From Oikopleura dioica (lineage: Eukaryota > Animalia > Chordata): a stretch of DNA of 64,000 nt. The position numbers and the translations under genes are program-made. Positions within the stretch are counted from its first letter, which is position 1. Each line of letters opens with the position of its first letter. This document shows positions 35,830-47,929 of the stretch, in pieces. The stretch lies in assembly GCA_907165135.1 (NCBI GenBank), contig OU015567.1:1736001-1800000 (forward strand), read 5' to 3'. The notes below the pieces were generated by a model. It was not told the DNA's origin and searched no databases. It saw only the letters and a list, made by a program, of their open reading frames with translations.

Positions 35830-37054
35830 GGATAGCACATCAATATTGCAAGGAATCGTAAGTTCAAATATCGGTTATTGGTCGATTTCAATAACAAGAC
35901 ATCGGATTTTACAGTATCGATGCCGCAGTTATTACAAGAAACTGTATTTGAACCCTAAAAGAAGCAAGACCTTCATGATTTACAACTTCAATGGTAAGAT
36001 CAATCATTTCCAACTACTGAATTAACTTTTTGAAGTTTATGAGAGAATCATCTCTTTTCATTGTGGATCTTCACCGACGCATGAAGCGGAGCCTATTCAC
36101 GGACGGGATCAATTTCCGATGCCAAACTTACGCGTTAGTTTTCAATTAACAAAATGACCTTGTACGAGTTTTTGGCCGGCGAGTGTAATGGGCAAAAAGA
36201 GACTTTGGATGGAAGAGATGAAGTTGGTTGCGGAAGCTGTTTTCAGCAGTATACTTGTGGAGCGAATACGAACAGGTTCACCTGCTTGCCGATAGAGAGG
36301 ATTTGCGATGGAGAAAAGAACTGCCAGGATGGAAGTGATGAGGTCAACTGTTGCCAGTGGACGAACTGGGGAGCATGGCAAGAGAGGGTGGTCTACAATT
36401 CGGATGAAGTAACGAAAGTTAGATACAGGTACGTCTTCTTTGGCTCGACAATTCGCGAAGAAAACCTGAGTCAGGTTTTCATTACATCTCTTCGCAATCC
36501 CGACTCAGGTTGTCAACAAAAATTGCCGAACTCAGATGTCTTTGTCATTTCGTTTTTCGCCAGATTTATCATTTTCATCAAGAGACTGTGGTAGAACAAC
36601 AACAATTGATGGAGAATTGGTTCCAGATGGAAATTGCCGATGTCCGGGCGAAAAAGATTATGTAAGAACACTTCCTTCTTCCACAATATTTTCATGATTC
36701 TTTCTTTAGATTCAAGAGTGGATGACTTCATCGCTAACTCAAGCTGAATCTGGCGGACTCACCTGGGAACAGATCGATCAAAATAGCCTGAATGGAGGTC
36801 CGTCCAATTCAACTGAAAGCCAATCACTTCAAGAACCTCAGAAGCCTAAGCTGAGTACCCTGTCGATAATCGGAATCGCTGCTGGAATTCTCGCAGCACT
36901 TATTTTAATTATAATCAGCCTTACGTGCTATCGTAAGAAGAAAAGAAAGGTGTTGAAGGCAAAAACTCTCACTAGAATTCAAGAAGAATTTCGAGCCGAA
37001 AGTCATTCTATCAACCCGTATTCTTCCTACAGCGGATATACTGTTTCTGTTTGA
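35830..37054 (+). CDS. LDL-receptor class A + TSP1-like single-pass membrane protein; start uncertain
   Basis: CLPIERICDGEKNCQDGSDEVNC (LDLa), WTNWGAW (TSP1-like), TM IIGIAAGILAALILIIISL followed by RKKKRK. Confidence 0.75.
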
Positions 37055-37210
37055 ATCAAATAAAGCTCCTGGAAACATGATTTTCATTACACTGTATTCG
37101 ATTTTCAAAATGAGGAAAACTTTTTCTGATCGGAACTTTTAAACTTCATTTTTCTTCAGAAGAAGTCAAAATCTGGAAAATCTAAAAAAGGAAGTTTGTG
37201 CGTCAATCTT

Positions 37211-37682
37211 GAGTCACGCTAACTTGCCCAAGACGCTAACTTCCCCAGACGCTAACTTCCCAAAAACGCTAACTTCCCCAAGGTTGTGCAAATTAACGCT
37301 TCGAAATAATCAAAGATATGTTATTTTTAATAATATGAGCTCAGAAATTTTGACATTGACTGTCAAAATAAGTGTACTCCCGGAGTACAAAAATATTATT
37401 TCAAAACGTTTAATTAAATTTGTTCCAAAGAAATTGAAAATATGACCGCTATTCACGAGGAAGGGTCGAGGTTAGATTCTAAGAGACGACTAACTGTCTA
37501 CCAGACTAAGACATGCTGAAAGAGCCATTCAACGCTCAACGGATCGCCCACGCATTTAAGATGCTAACTTGCCCAAGACGCTAACTTCCCCAAAACGCTG
37601 AAATGCACAACGTTGGGCAAGTTAGCGTCTGGGGAAGTCAGCGTCTGGGGAAGTTAGCGTCTTGGGCAAGTTAGCGTGACTC
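37211..37682. mobile_element. Mutator-like MITE (472 bp) with tandem-repeat TIRs
   Basis: At least 43-bp perfect TIR GAGTCACGCTAACTTGCCCAAGACGCTAACTTCCCCAGACGCT. 9-bp TSD GTCAATCTT (37202-37210, 37683-37691). Confidence 0.9.
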
Positions 37683-37745
37683 GTCAATCTTGTCGGAAGA
37701 AAATCACTATCAAGGTCGACTTGAAAATCTCCCGGGAAAAGCCGT

Positions 37746-38338
37746 GACGCGCTTTTTTTAAGGTTGTGCAAGTTATTTCTCCACCTTTTCCATTGAAATG
37801 CCTAGAGTATCATATATCTTTAGAATCAGTGAGAAAAATCTAGAATCATGACCTTTTTAGTTTTTCAAAAATCACTTCCGGTTGTGATTCTAGAGCCGGA
37901 AGTTGGCGAAATTTATGAGAATGGCATGCATGTGACATATCAAACTGGAGCATAAAACATTTCCATTCATTTGAAAGAGGAATTAAATCAAACCGCGGTC
38001 AGAACGACCGGTTAAACCATAAAGAAAAATCGATTTTTTTTCATATTTGTAGGAATTTCAAATTGAAAAAAGGGAAACTAAACCAAAGAAGAATCGAATC
38101 TGAACGCGATAGAATGATATAAAATGTTCTAAGCTTTAATTTGATAGGTCGCAAGCATAACATTCTCATTAATTTCGCCAACTTCCGGCTCTAGAATCAC
38201 AACCGGAAGTGATTTTTGAAAAACTAAAAAGGTCACGATTCTAGATTTTTCTCACTGATTCTAAAGATATATGATACGCTGGGCATTTCAATGAAAAAGG
38301 TGGAGAAATAACTTGCACAACCTTAAAAAAAGCGCGTC
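37746..38338. mobile_element. Foldback MITE (593 bp) with about 170-bp TIRs
   Basis: GACGCGCTTTTTTTAAGGTTGTGCAAG... is mirrored at the right end. Possible 3-bp TSD CGT; superfamily unclear. Confidence 0.82.
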
Positions 38339-38540
38339 CGTATTTTCCAGGTAAAAGCCGACCTAGTGAGAAAGTGGCGCTGCCCTCATTTTTCCGCACC
38401 AGCGCGATAGTCGGCCAATCGCGACGCCCAACACAATTCGATTTTTTTTCATAGCGAATGTGTTTTTGAAAGAAATAAACATAAAAAAAGGCTGAATGTT
38501 GATTGTCATTTTATAAAAAGAACGAAAACTGAGAGAAAAA

Positions 38541-39875
38541 ATGAAGACGGAAGATAAACGCGGAGAATCAAAGGTAAACTATATTTTTATAGAAATTAGC
38601 TCTAGAAAAAAATTTTGCTTAGCCCGAATGCCGAAAAATCCTCAGTCAAATTTTACCGCATCTATTCGTCGGGTCCGCTGACGACATTTCCGAGTCGTCT
38701 TTGCTGGAGAATCGAATAGATCTCGTCATCAACGCAACCACTCAATATGAAAAGCCGAAATATCTCCTCGACGAAAATTACCTGCAAATTCCAGTGTTGG
38801 ATACAGAGTCAGAAAGTCTGATAGATTTTTTTGACCAGTGCTTTGATTTTATTGATAATGCGAGGTAATTAGAAAATCGTGTTAATGCCTAAATGGGGTT
38901 CTTATTTTAACAGATCTCATATTACCCAGAAGGTCCTTATTAATCCTCTTAATTCGTGACCTTTTTGAGGAATATTTCAACCGCAGAATTATATCTGGCT
39001 TATTTTCATTAAGGCTGAAAAATAAGCGAGTGATGGTTCACTGTCAAGCTGGAAAATCAAGATCTGCCACGATCGCAATAGGTACTATTTCATGTTCAAT
39101 TCCCCTCTTATTAATTCTAAGCTTATATTATGCGCTACAAAAAGCTGTCAATGGACGAAGCCCACCTTTTCGTCCGTTCCAAGCGCCACCAAATCGACCC
39201 GAACTTTGCTTTTCTCGGCCAATTGCTCGACTACGAAAGAAAACTTTCTGGCGAAACCGCTCGAGTGACTCCTGATGGAATTGAAAATAAAACTGTTGAG
39301 AAAGCAACTCAGAAAACTGAAATTCGACTAGCAGAAAGGCGGAAAATCATAGCTCCAAAAGTTGGAACATTGAGAGATTTGAACTTGCTGAAGAAACGAA
39401 ATAGACCACCGCCTGGTTCACTTGTGATTGGGGATACGAGGAAGAGAAGGTCGAAGAATTCTGATGATTTGCCTGCAGGATCGGTTGCATTATTATTGCG
39501 TTTGGTATGCTAGTAAAGCGAATTCATTTTTTGTTTCATTTTGCAACCGAAAAAGTCACTCCAAAGCGTCCAAAAAACCTGCTTCTTCCGAAAACCCCTC
39601 AAGCTCCACCTCAATCTCTTCTGAACTTGAATTTACCTAAAAGCATGACAAACCCCTGTGTTCTCCCGAAGAAGGGCAGCTCCTTACCCTCCACCCCGAA
39701 GTCCCCCTCTCCCGAGATTGCCCCTTCCCCTCGCGCAAAATCCACTCCGATTCGGATTCTGGTGCAAAAACGCTTGTCCGAATTCGGCATTCTAGCGCCG
39801 GCGAGTTCAACGAATCTGAATGAAAAGAGTTTTCAATCAAGAATTCGATACAGTAGTAATGATAGTATCACATAG
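38541..39875 (+). CDS. Dual-specificity protein phosphatase (atypical, no rhodanese domain seen)
   Basis: SQILPHLFVGS, IPVLD, VHCQAGKSRSATIAI, AYIM, IDPNFAFLGQLLDYE. Long basic/Pro-rich tail. Confidence 0.9.
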
Positions 39876-40241
39876 CGACTATCTTTCTTATATGCAAGAT
39901 ACTGTAACCGTTACCTTCTACCATCTGAGTCTCAATCTATGCACGATATTCTCCCTTCTGAGCTCGTCTCTTTCAAACCATGACTCAGGTTTTCTGCGCA
40001 GGTCCCCGAGCCGAGTCTCTTTTCTTTAGTTGTTGTTGAAAAATCACTTTGTGTTTATGTTGTTGATCTGTGATAAGAAAAATCATTGTTGTTATCTGTA
40101 ATTGCAGATTTTAGTCTTTGACCGAATCGTCTAACTATTTAATTGTCTAGTTAAATATCTATCTTGATGGGAAATCTTTAGAAATCGGTATTTATGTATG
40201 TGATCGATGGCTCACTGTTACTGTAAGAAAAATAGAAGAAT

Positions 40242-40955
40242 ATGAATCTCGGACGGAAGAAACGAGCTTTTATTGGAATCTCAGTATTCATTGTCATTCT
40301 GATAAGGTAAGAAAATTGCTATCTATCCTTTTTCCTGTTTTTCATCACCTTTTCAAGCATCTCCATCTACGAGCAACAAACAAGTCCTGAAGAGTTCCAA
40401 AAAGCCGCCCGAGAGTCCCTGATCCGTCACCTCTCTTCCTGGGAGAATAGTGAAGGATCGAATTCTAGCGCTCAAGAATCCTTCCCTTCCCGAAATCCGC
40501 GAATAATCAAGCACTGCCGCAATACTGTTCAAGGGAAAGAGATGATCACTGATGAATTTGGCGCGATTTGCAAACGAGAAAATGTTCTAGATTCAAATGG
40601 CTGTTGTGGACTGAAAGATGCAACGCAGTTTTTTTGCGATGGATGTAACGAAAGAGGCTGCTGTGGAGAGTTTGAGATTTGTGTTTCTTGCTGTATGAAG
40701 CCTCAGAACAAGGTACAGTTGAACAGAAAGATTATTAATTTTCTCCTTTCCTTTTAGGCTGCGTTAGTTGCGTTTATAGAAAGCGCGATCGTCTTTGTCG
40801 AGCATTTCTTTCTGTCAATTTCCGACCAGTTCGATCTCTGTCTCTCAAAATGTCGCACCTCATCGCTCTCAGTCCAGCACGAAAATACCTACCGAGATCC
40901 CGTCAACAAATTTTGCTATTCTGAGCTTCCTCCCTTGCTGATCTTCAACGAATAA
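40242..40955 (+). CDS. SPRING1: SPRING1/C12orf49 (SREBP-regulating Golgi protein)
   Basis: [19 protein letters not shown]...NGCC...[15 protein letters not shown]...[25 protein letters not shown], with an N-terminal TM. Confidence 0.93.
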
Positions 40956-41019
40956 ACCTGCTTCTTATTTCTGTATTCATTTGTTTCAAGAATCATTGAT
41001 TCTGAATCAACATTTCAGC

Positions 41020-42316
41020 ATGGCTCTCTTTCAACAAAGCAGCTCCGGTTCGACCAAGAATTTGGTCGAATTCAAGTGCGGTAAAATGACCATGTCGGGG
41101 ACTACTGTTACCGCTGACCCGCGCAAAGGACTTCTGTACATTCAGAAGGGAGAAGACCAGGTCTGGATACATTCTCTTATCTCCTTAACATCCTTAAGGC
41201 GATGCATCTTTACTGGAAGGATCGAACTTCTGGAAAGGTAGAAGATGATGTCTACCTCTTCCCCGACGATGCGGAGTTTGTTCCTGTTCCTCAGTGCAAG
41301 GATGGAAGAGTCTACCTCCTCAAGTTCAAGTCCCACAGGTAAGAATAAGATGAAGCTCCCTTAATTATCTTATTTGACAAGCAACAAGCGCTTCTTCTGG
41401 ATGCAGGAGCCGGACAAAAACAAGGATAAAGACAAGGACTTGATCGAACAAGCGAATGAAGCAATCAACAATCCTCAAGCGGCGGATGCCGGTCTCATGG
41501 GCTCTGGTCATGAGGAGTTGCTTCGATTGATCAGCAGCAGCGGGGGCATTCCCAACGCGCAGTTGCAGAATTTGATTCAGTCCCAGATGCGATCAGGTAA
41601 GAACAAAAGCAAAGTTGATTACAAGTATTTTACAACTATTTTCACACAAGGATCTTCTCGAAGCTCCCGCTCTGGCAACGCTTCTAAAAAGGCAAAGACA
41701 GATGACAAAGGGTCCAAAACGTCCTCTTCACTTCCCACCCCTAACTTCTCCACTGTCCCGGCGACTGGTTCTAGCGCTGGAGCCTCTTCTGCCGCTACTC
41801 CTACTCCCGGAGCTACTCCTGGAGGAGCATCAACTCCGGGCGCAGCGCAGCTTTCAGACTTGCAGAGTATCCTTACTCGTCTTGGCGGGGCTGCTTCTCC
41901 CAGCGCCGCCGCTCCAATTGACATCGCTGAAGCGATGCGATCTGAAGACCTCATCCCCATGCTCGCCGATGAAAAGATCAGAGAGGCTTTGATGAAGCAC
42001 CTTCCAGAGGGCAACACGATTCCAAAGACGGAAGCAGAGCTCAAGGAGACAATTCACTCACCTCAATTCAAGCAGGCAACTCAAGCGTTCTCTCACGCCT
42101 TGTCTACCGGACAGCTGGGACCCGTGCTAAAGCAGTTTGGAATAAGCGACGCAGCTTGCGAAGCTGCCACTAAGGTTAGCCACTACAACATCATCATTTT
42201 AAATCAACGAAAAAAAAAATCAGGGAGACGTAGCCGGTTTTGCCAAGGCGATGCAAGAGGATGCCAAAAAGAACGCAGATAAACCTGCCGCCGAAGACAG
42301 CATGGAAACCAACTGA
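41020..42316 (+). CDS. ADRM1: Proteasomal ubiquitin receptor Rpn13
   Basis: [45 protein letters not shown] (Pru domain) and [23 protein letters not shown] (DEUBAD). Confidence 0.95.
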
Positions 42317-42618
42317 ATAAAATCAGAATCGCACCAGTTCTTTAAAATTTGCTCTCTCTTACCAAAAAACTTTCATTTTGAAAGGGATCATCAAAACTGT
42401 CCAGTTGGAGCAATATGACATGTATTACAGTAATGTTTTCTCTCTCTCTTTCTTACTATCCATAAGGATATCCGTTCAAGATATTAAAATTAAGCATTGT
42501 CAGTTATTATCCGATAATTCTTCTGAAGAATGTATGGGGGAGAGCCAGTCCCTCGAGTTCACAGACCAGTCACAAGAGGATTTCATATACCGACAAAACA
42601 ACAGCCAGTTGTTCCAGA

Positions 42619-43169
42619 CTAGGGTCGGACCCCTTACTAAGGTTTCCTTAGTTACTAAGGGTAAGGGTTTTGAAATTGATGAAAATCAAGAAAGGCCTAA
42701 GGAAGGACTAAGGGCCTTCCTTACTAAGGCCTTCGTAACCTTAGTAAGGATCTGATTAAGTGCGATTCGAAAAAATGTTCTTATTGGTAAAAATAGCAAT
42801 AATTTAAGTTTATTTGGTATTTTCTGCTGTCAGTAAGTTGGCAAGAGACATTTTTATCAAATTCCTTCACAACTCGTCGTTAATTCCCTTCCTTACTAAG
42901 GCTTTTGTAAAGGTTTTTTTGATAAAAGCGTTCTCAAAATGCGTAGGCCGTCGAAAAAATCCTTTTTAAAATCCTTAGTAAGGAAAGGAATTAAGGAAAA
43001 ATCGCTAAGGATTGAAGATCCTTACTAAGGATCTCTGAAAACTAACAAAGGAACTATGGTAAGGATTTTTTTCCGCTGAAATCCGAAAAAGGGTAAGGAA
43101 AAAATCCTTACCTTACTAAGGAAAGGACCCTTAGTAAGCAAAAAAATAAGGAAGGAAGTCCGACCCTAG
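42619..43169. mobile_element. hAT-like MITE (551 bp)
   Basis: TIR CTAGGGTCGGAC/GTCCGACCCTAG. 8-bp TSD GTTCCAGA (42611-42618, 43170-43177). Many internal CCTTACTAAGG/CCTTAGTAAGG repeats. Confidence 0.9.
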
Positions 43170-43337
43170 GTTCCAGAAGTACCAAATTGCACTTGTTTGG
43201 TGAGCCACGGAATTGAACGATGCTGTAGAAAGCTCGTCCATTCCAATGATTTACAAGCAGTTCAGGAAGGAAAACGGGTTTATCTATCTCTACCATTTGG
43301 TAAATGCTTTAGCATTTTATAACAACAAGAATCAACC

Positions 43338-44828
43338 GTGATAAAAGAAATGAGAAAGAAAACCGTGAAGCCTTTTTTCGCCCGCTCGGTTCCAAAAATA
43401 CTCGATTATTTTGCCAAAGAATGGGGCCTCACCTCCAGTTCTCAAGCTTACTCGGTCAAAATTGCCTGGGATGCAGCCGCTTTGCTCGATAAAACAATAT
43501 CTACTGTTGCTGCTGAAATTTACGACGCCGCTCAAGTCAACGAAAAGCAAGCTACAGACATGCTGCGACAGCTGGAATCCCATATCATTCCTCGCCTTGC
43601 CTCTGCGCTGCGAATTTGCGTCAAGAAAGATTCAGCAGTGATTCTAGTGCCAGCTAGTAAGTGCGTTGAGTCTTTACGGCGACTTGGGTTTTGGCTTTTT
43701 GAATTTATTTTTGTTTTTGAATTAATTTTCCACTCCTTCTTGTATCACCTATGAAAAGCCGAATTGAGACATGAAATGACGGATAGCCAATTCAACAGAT
43801 CAGAGCAGCTTATTCTGCGGCGAATGGGATACCGGCTTGAGTGGTATTCTGTCTTTCACTGCGCCGAACTGCTCATTGAGAGCAGGGATCTAAATTTTTG
43901 CCGAAAATGAACTGCGATTGCGATGCGATTGCGACGAAAATTATTCAGGAAATTGCGATGCGATTGCGATTTTTTTCGCAAATTGCGAATTTTTCGCGAA
44001 TTGCGATTTTGTCGCGATTTCTGAAATTTTAGTGAAAAAAATCACTTTTGAAAGGATTTAAGACTATTTTTCGAAGTCAGGCTTTCAATTCAGCCTTCAA
44101 AACACAGAAAATAGGCTCTGAATCAAACAAAACTTTCGTCAGAACATCGTGGGAGCAATTTGACAAGACCGAAATTCGCAAAAAAAATCGCATTTTGCGA
44201 AATCTTGACGAAAACTGAGCTGCGATTGCGATGCGATTGCGATTCGGTCAGAAAAGTTCTTGCGATTGCGAATTTTCTGCGAAATTTCGCATCGCAATCG
44301 CAAAATATTCGCAAATTGCGATTTTCGCGAAAAAATTTAGATCCCTGATTGAGAGATTGCACAATGAAACGAATGTCTGCCCTAATCCAAAGGTGAGGTT
44401 ACGATTGATCCCGAAGTTAAAATTATGTCACTATTAGTGATTATGATTTACCCTACTTTTAATTAATCGAGATAAATACAAACTCTGGGTGGATACAAAT
44501 GTTGGATACAAAAATTAATAGATAGTCTATCTAAGATAGACCATTTAACTCATAAATATCATAGATGCTCTGGAGCCACACGGAATCGCTTTTGGAAGTT
44601 TACATGCTTCACCGTACCGCGATTCTCAAAGAAGCCTCGACTCGCCGCATCCCAGTCCAAATCGACACGTTCGTCGAATCTGCCACTGTAATCATTATGT
44701 CTTCCCTCCTTGCCGAGCCCAACATCTCCGTCAAAGACGTCATGACGACCGTCAGCGTCTTTATCAACAGAGATCAAAAATACGTTGCTGCTTTTTGCGA
44801 TTTGGCAATTTATTACCTCATCAAATAG
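43338..44828 (+). CDS. CNTD1: Cyclin N-terminal domain protein CNTD1/COSA-1-like (meiotic crossover factor), exon interrupted by a MITE
   Basis: Recalled similarity to CNTD1 along the length: KILDYFAKEWGL..IAWDAAALLDK..IIPRLASALRICVK..EQLILRRMGYRL..AELLIERL..LWSHTESLLEVYMLHR..VIIMSS. Confidence 0.72.
43883..44347. mobile_element. hAT MITE (465 bp) rich in TTGCGA/TCGCAA repeats
   Basis: TIR CAGGGATCTAAATTTTT/AAAAATTTAGATCCCTG. 8-bp TSD ATTGAGAG (43875-43882, 44348-44355). Confidence 0.93.
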
Positions 44829-45022
44829 AAAATATCGCTCTTGCTAAAGACAAACTTTCACACTTCTTCACTAGGCCTATCTTTTTTACTGAACTTGGAC
44901 GCTAATTCCTGTAGAAACAGTTTCTTTTTCACGAAAAGCCTCACGGACAACAAATATTGAACTCGTTTTTTGGACTTCGCAGCTGTAAAATTGCATTTTT
45001 CAGATTTCGAAAGTCGGACAAA

Positions 45023-47648
45023 ATGGGATGCTCCAAGCCCTTGCTCAAGATGGACACATTCCTATCTGGCGAGCCCGTTTTCGACCGGCTCCCGAGCACG
45101 CTCATTCTGAAAATCTTCTCCAAGCTAAATGCGGGAGAAGGGACTGACATCAAAATGCTCTCTCGATGCGCCCAGGTCTCGCATCTATGGAATCGATTAG
45201 CGTTGGACGGGAGCAATTGGCAAACAGTTGATTTGTTCCAATTTCAAAAAGACGTGACTCCAGTGACCGTCGAAAACATCTCCCAGAGGTAAAGGACTCT
45301 TCAAGCAACGTAAAAAACGAGTGGGTTTTTTAACAGATGCGGCGGTTTTCTAAGAAAGCTCTCGCTCCGTGGCTGCCACAATATCGATGATTCGACGATC
45401 GACGTTTTCACGGCTAATTGTCGCAACATAACGTACTTGAATTTGTCCGATTGCAAGCTCATCTCTGACGCTTCTTTGCGCTCGCTAGCCCGCAAATGCC
45501 CAGCTCTTCAATCCGTCAATTTATACAGGTAAACTTAACCTTTGCCCGCCAAGTTTGCATTTTACGGATACTTTTTTGTGGGTTCTTCTTTGAAAGTAAA
45601 CTCTTACTGTAGCTGCTCGAAAGTCACTGATGCAGGACTCCGCGACTTAGCGACCGGTTGCCTGCGACTCAAGGAAATTGACATCTCCTTTTGCCAAAAA
45701 ATATCTGACGCTGGAGTGGAAGCAATAACAGCTCAATGCGAAGATCTCAGGGGCTTGTTTCTCCGCGATACGTCAATTAGTGATTCTGCTCTGGGAACAA
45801 TCGCTATCAATTCTTCGAAATTGGAGACTTTGAGTGTCTCTTACTGCTCCATTTCCAGCGCTGGTCTTTCGAAGATCATTTCTAACTGCACTTCATTGAG
45901 CGAGCTTCATTGCGCTCGATGCCCGAATGTGACTGATTCTGCGCTTCATGCTCTCGGCCGTTTTACGAAAAGCGGCCTAAAGACTCTGGACATCGCCGGC
46001 TGTAGCGCAATCTCCGATCACGGAGTTTTTTCCTTGGTTCAATCCTGCACCGGGCTGGAACGAGTAGACCTGGAGGAATGCCTGCACTTATCCGACGCCA
46101 CGCTGCTTCAATTGGCCATTCATTGTCATAATATCAAAGGTAAGGGTCCTTTAAAAATAGTCCTGCATGTTAAAAATCGATCTCAAGAGCAATAAAACAG
46201 CATCAATCTCATTTGAACCGAAAAAGATAAAATAAAACTTTAAATGTTTCTCGAGGGAATTGGACTCCTCCGGGAATCCCCTGGCACAATGAGTGTCATA
46301 TTCAAGTTTTGATAATATCAGAATCGTTATCAGAGAAAAGTTTACTTTGGAACCCTTTCAGATTCAAAAAATATCATTCTTCTTTTAGAACTGACATTGT
46401 CCCACTGTGAAAATATCTCGGACGAAGGGATCCGCCACTTGTGCAGTGGGGAATTGAGACTGTCACTAGAGCTCATTGACCTTGACAATTGCCCGCTTCT
46501 AACAGGTATGTGCACTGGTTCTAGGGCGATAAATAAGTCATTATGATAAAGATGCCTCGCTCCGTCTCTTGGAAAACTGTCCAAACCTACGCCAGCTCGA
46601 GCTTGTCGACTGTCAGCGCATCTCCAAGGCTGGTATTGACCGTTTGGAACGCAAAATTGTAAGTTATCATCTTTATAAAGCATATGCCTAGGCTTACCGG
46701 ACTTAATTTCGGCCCATATTTCTAGCTTAGTTGGGAGGTCATATGATACAGTATTAGAAAGCCCAGAAGCTGGGCTTTCATTTGGGCACAATATCAAGGG
46801 GTTTGGGTCATGCCCGGAAGGCAAATTATTGGACCGGAAGTTCCAAATTCGGGACAAGAACTCTTCTACCGGTTTTAACGATGGGTTTGGGATATCTAGA
46901 CCTTTGAAAAATAGGTGAAATAGAAAGCTTAGACTCTGAGCTTTCTTTAGAGCCAATAAAATTTTGCCGCCCGTTGGTCTAGCGCCCTCTAGTGGTCCTA
47001 GAAGTTGACCTCGGCAGTGTTTTAGTCTGGAAACTTCAGGTTTCGACTCAAAATTTTCGAATTCTAAACCTACTTATTTCGTTTCTTAAATAACTTTAAA
47101 CAATAAATAAGTCTTAGAAAATTGAATCACGTTTGATCTTGGAGGTTTTTTCTCATTTGTTCCGAGTTTCTGTCGAAAAATACCCATATTTCCAAGTTCT
47201 CTGGCCACTAGAGGGCGTTCAACCCAAGGGCGGCAAGATTTTAATGGCTTTAAAGAAAGCTCAGAGTCTACACTTTCTATTCATCTACTTTCCATTGCTC
47301 TTGAGATCTCAAACCCATCGAAAATATCGATCGAAGATTTCTAGTGCCTATTTGGGAACTTCCGGTCCCAAAATTTGGCTTTCAGGCATGACCCAGACCC
47401 CTTGATTTTGGGCTCAAATGAAAGCCCAGCTTTTGAGAATTCCAAATATGTGTCATAGGACCCCCCGACTACCCTAGAAAAATTGGCCGAATTTCAGTCC
47501 GGTAAGCTTACATATGCCAATCGCTTACTATATTTTCTAGCCAGGGATCAGTATTCATTCCTATTTTGCGCCGGACCTGGACGAACTTGCTCCGAACTCA
47601 TCAACCTCTCACCGCGCAAAATATTGTCCAAAATGCACTATTCAGTAA
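45023..47648 (+). CDS. FBXL20: F-box/LRR protein FBXL2/FBXL20
   Basis: F-box, LALDGSNWQTVDLFQFQKDV, CGGFLRKLSLRGC, many LRRs, HSYFAP, and a CAAX-like end CTIQ. FBXL2 versus FBXL20 is not resolvable. Confidence 0.9.
46689..47510. mobile_element. hAT-like foldback/MITE, 822 bp, copy 2, in the last FBXL intron
   Basis: Near-identical to 12597-13417 with scattered differences. TSD CATATGCC (46681-46688, 47511-47518). Host intron joins ERKI to PGISIHSYFAP. Confidence 0.93.
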
Positions 47649-47929
47649 TTCATAGTTCTTTTGTCCTTTTCTTTCTCAAAAACAGGTGTAATACTCTTTA
47701 AGGTTCAACTCTTTTTGTTCCGAAAACTACTATACGAGTTTCCTCATTCAACCTTTTACATTCAACGTTCAACGAATTCTTCTCTTTTCTCCCTTTTCTT
47801 CAACTTTTTGTTCGAAACTATTGTCAATGTTTCAACCATTCAAAAAACTCTTGCTTATTCCTGATTTTCCTTTTCAGAAAAAGTCGAAAAGAAACTCTCA
47901 TGGAAGGAAAGGAATGATCCAAAAAGAGT

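Noticed and set aside
37755-38327. piggyBac assignment from TTAA near both ends of the foldback
   Set aside because: The inverted repeat extends beyond the TTAA, and the ends are not CCC...GGG.
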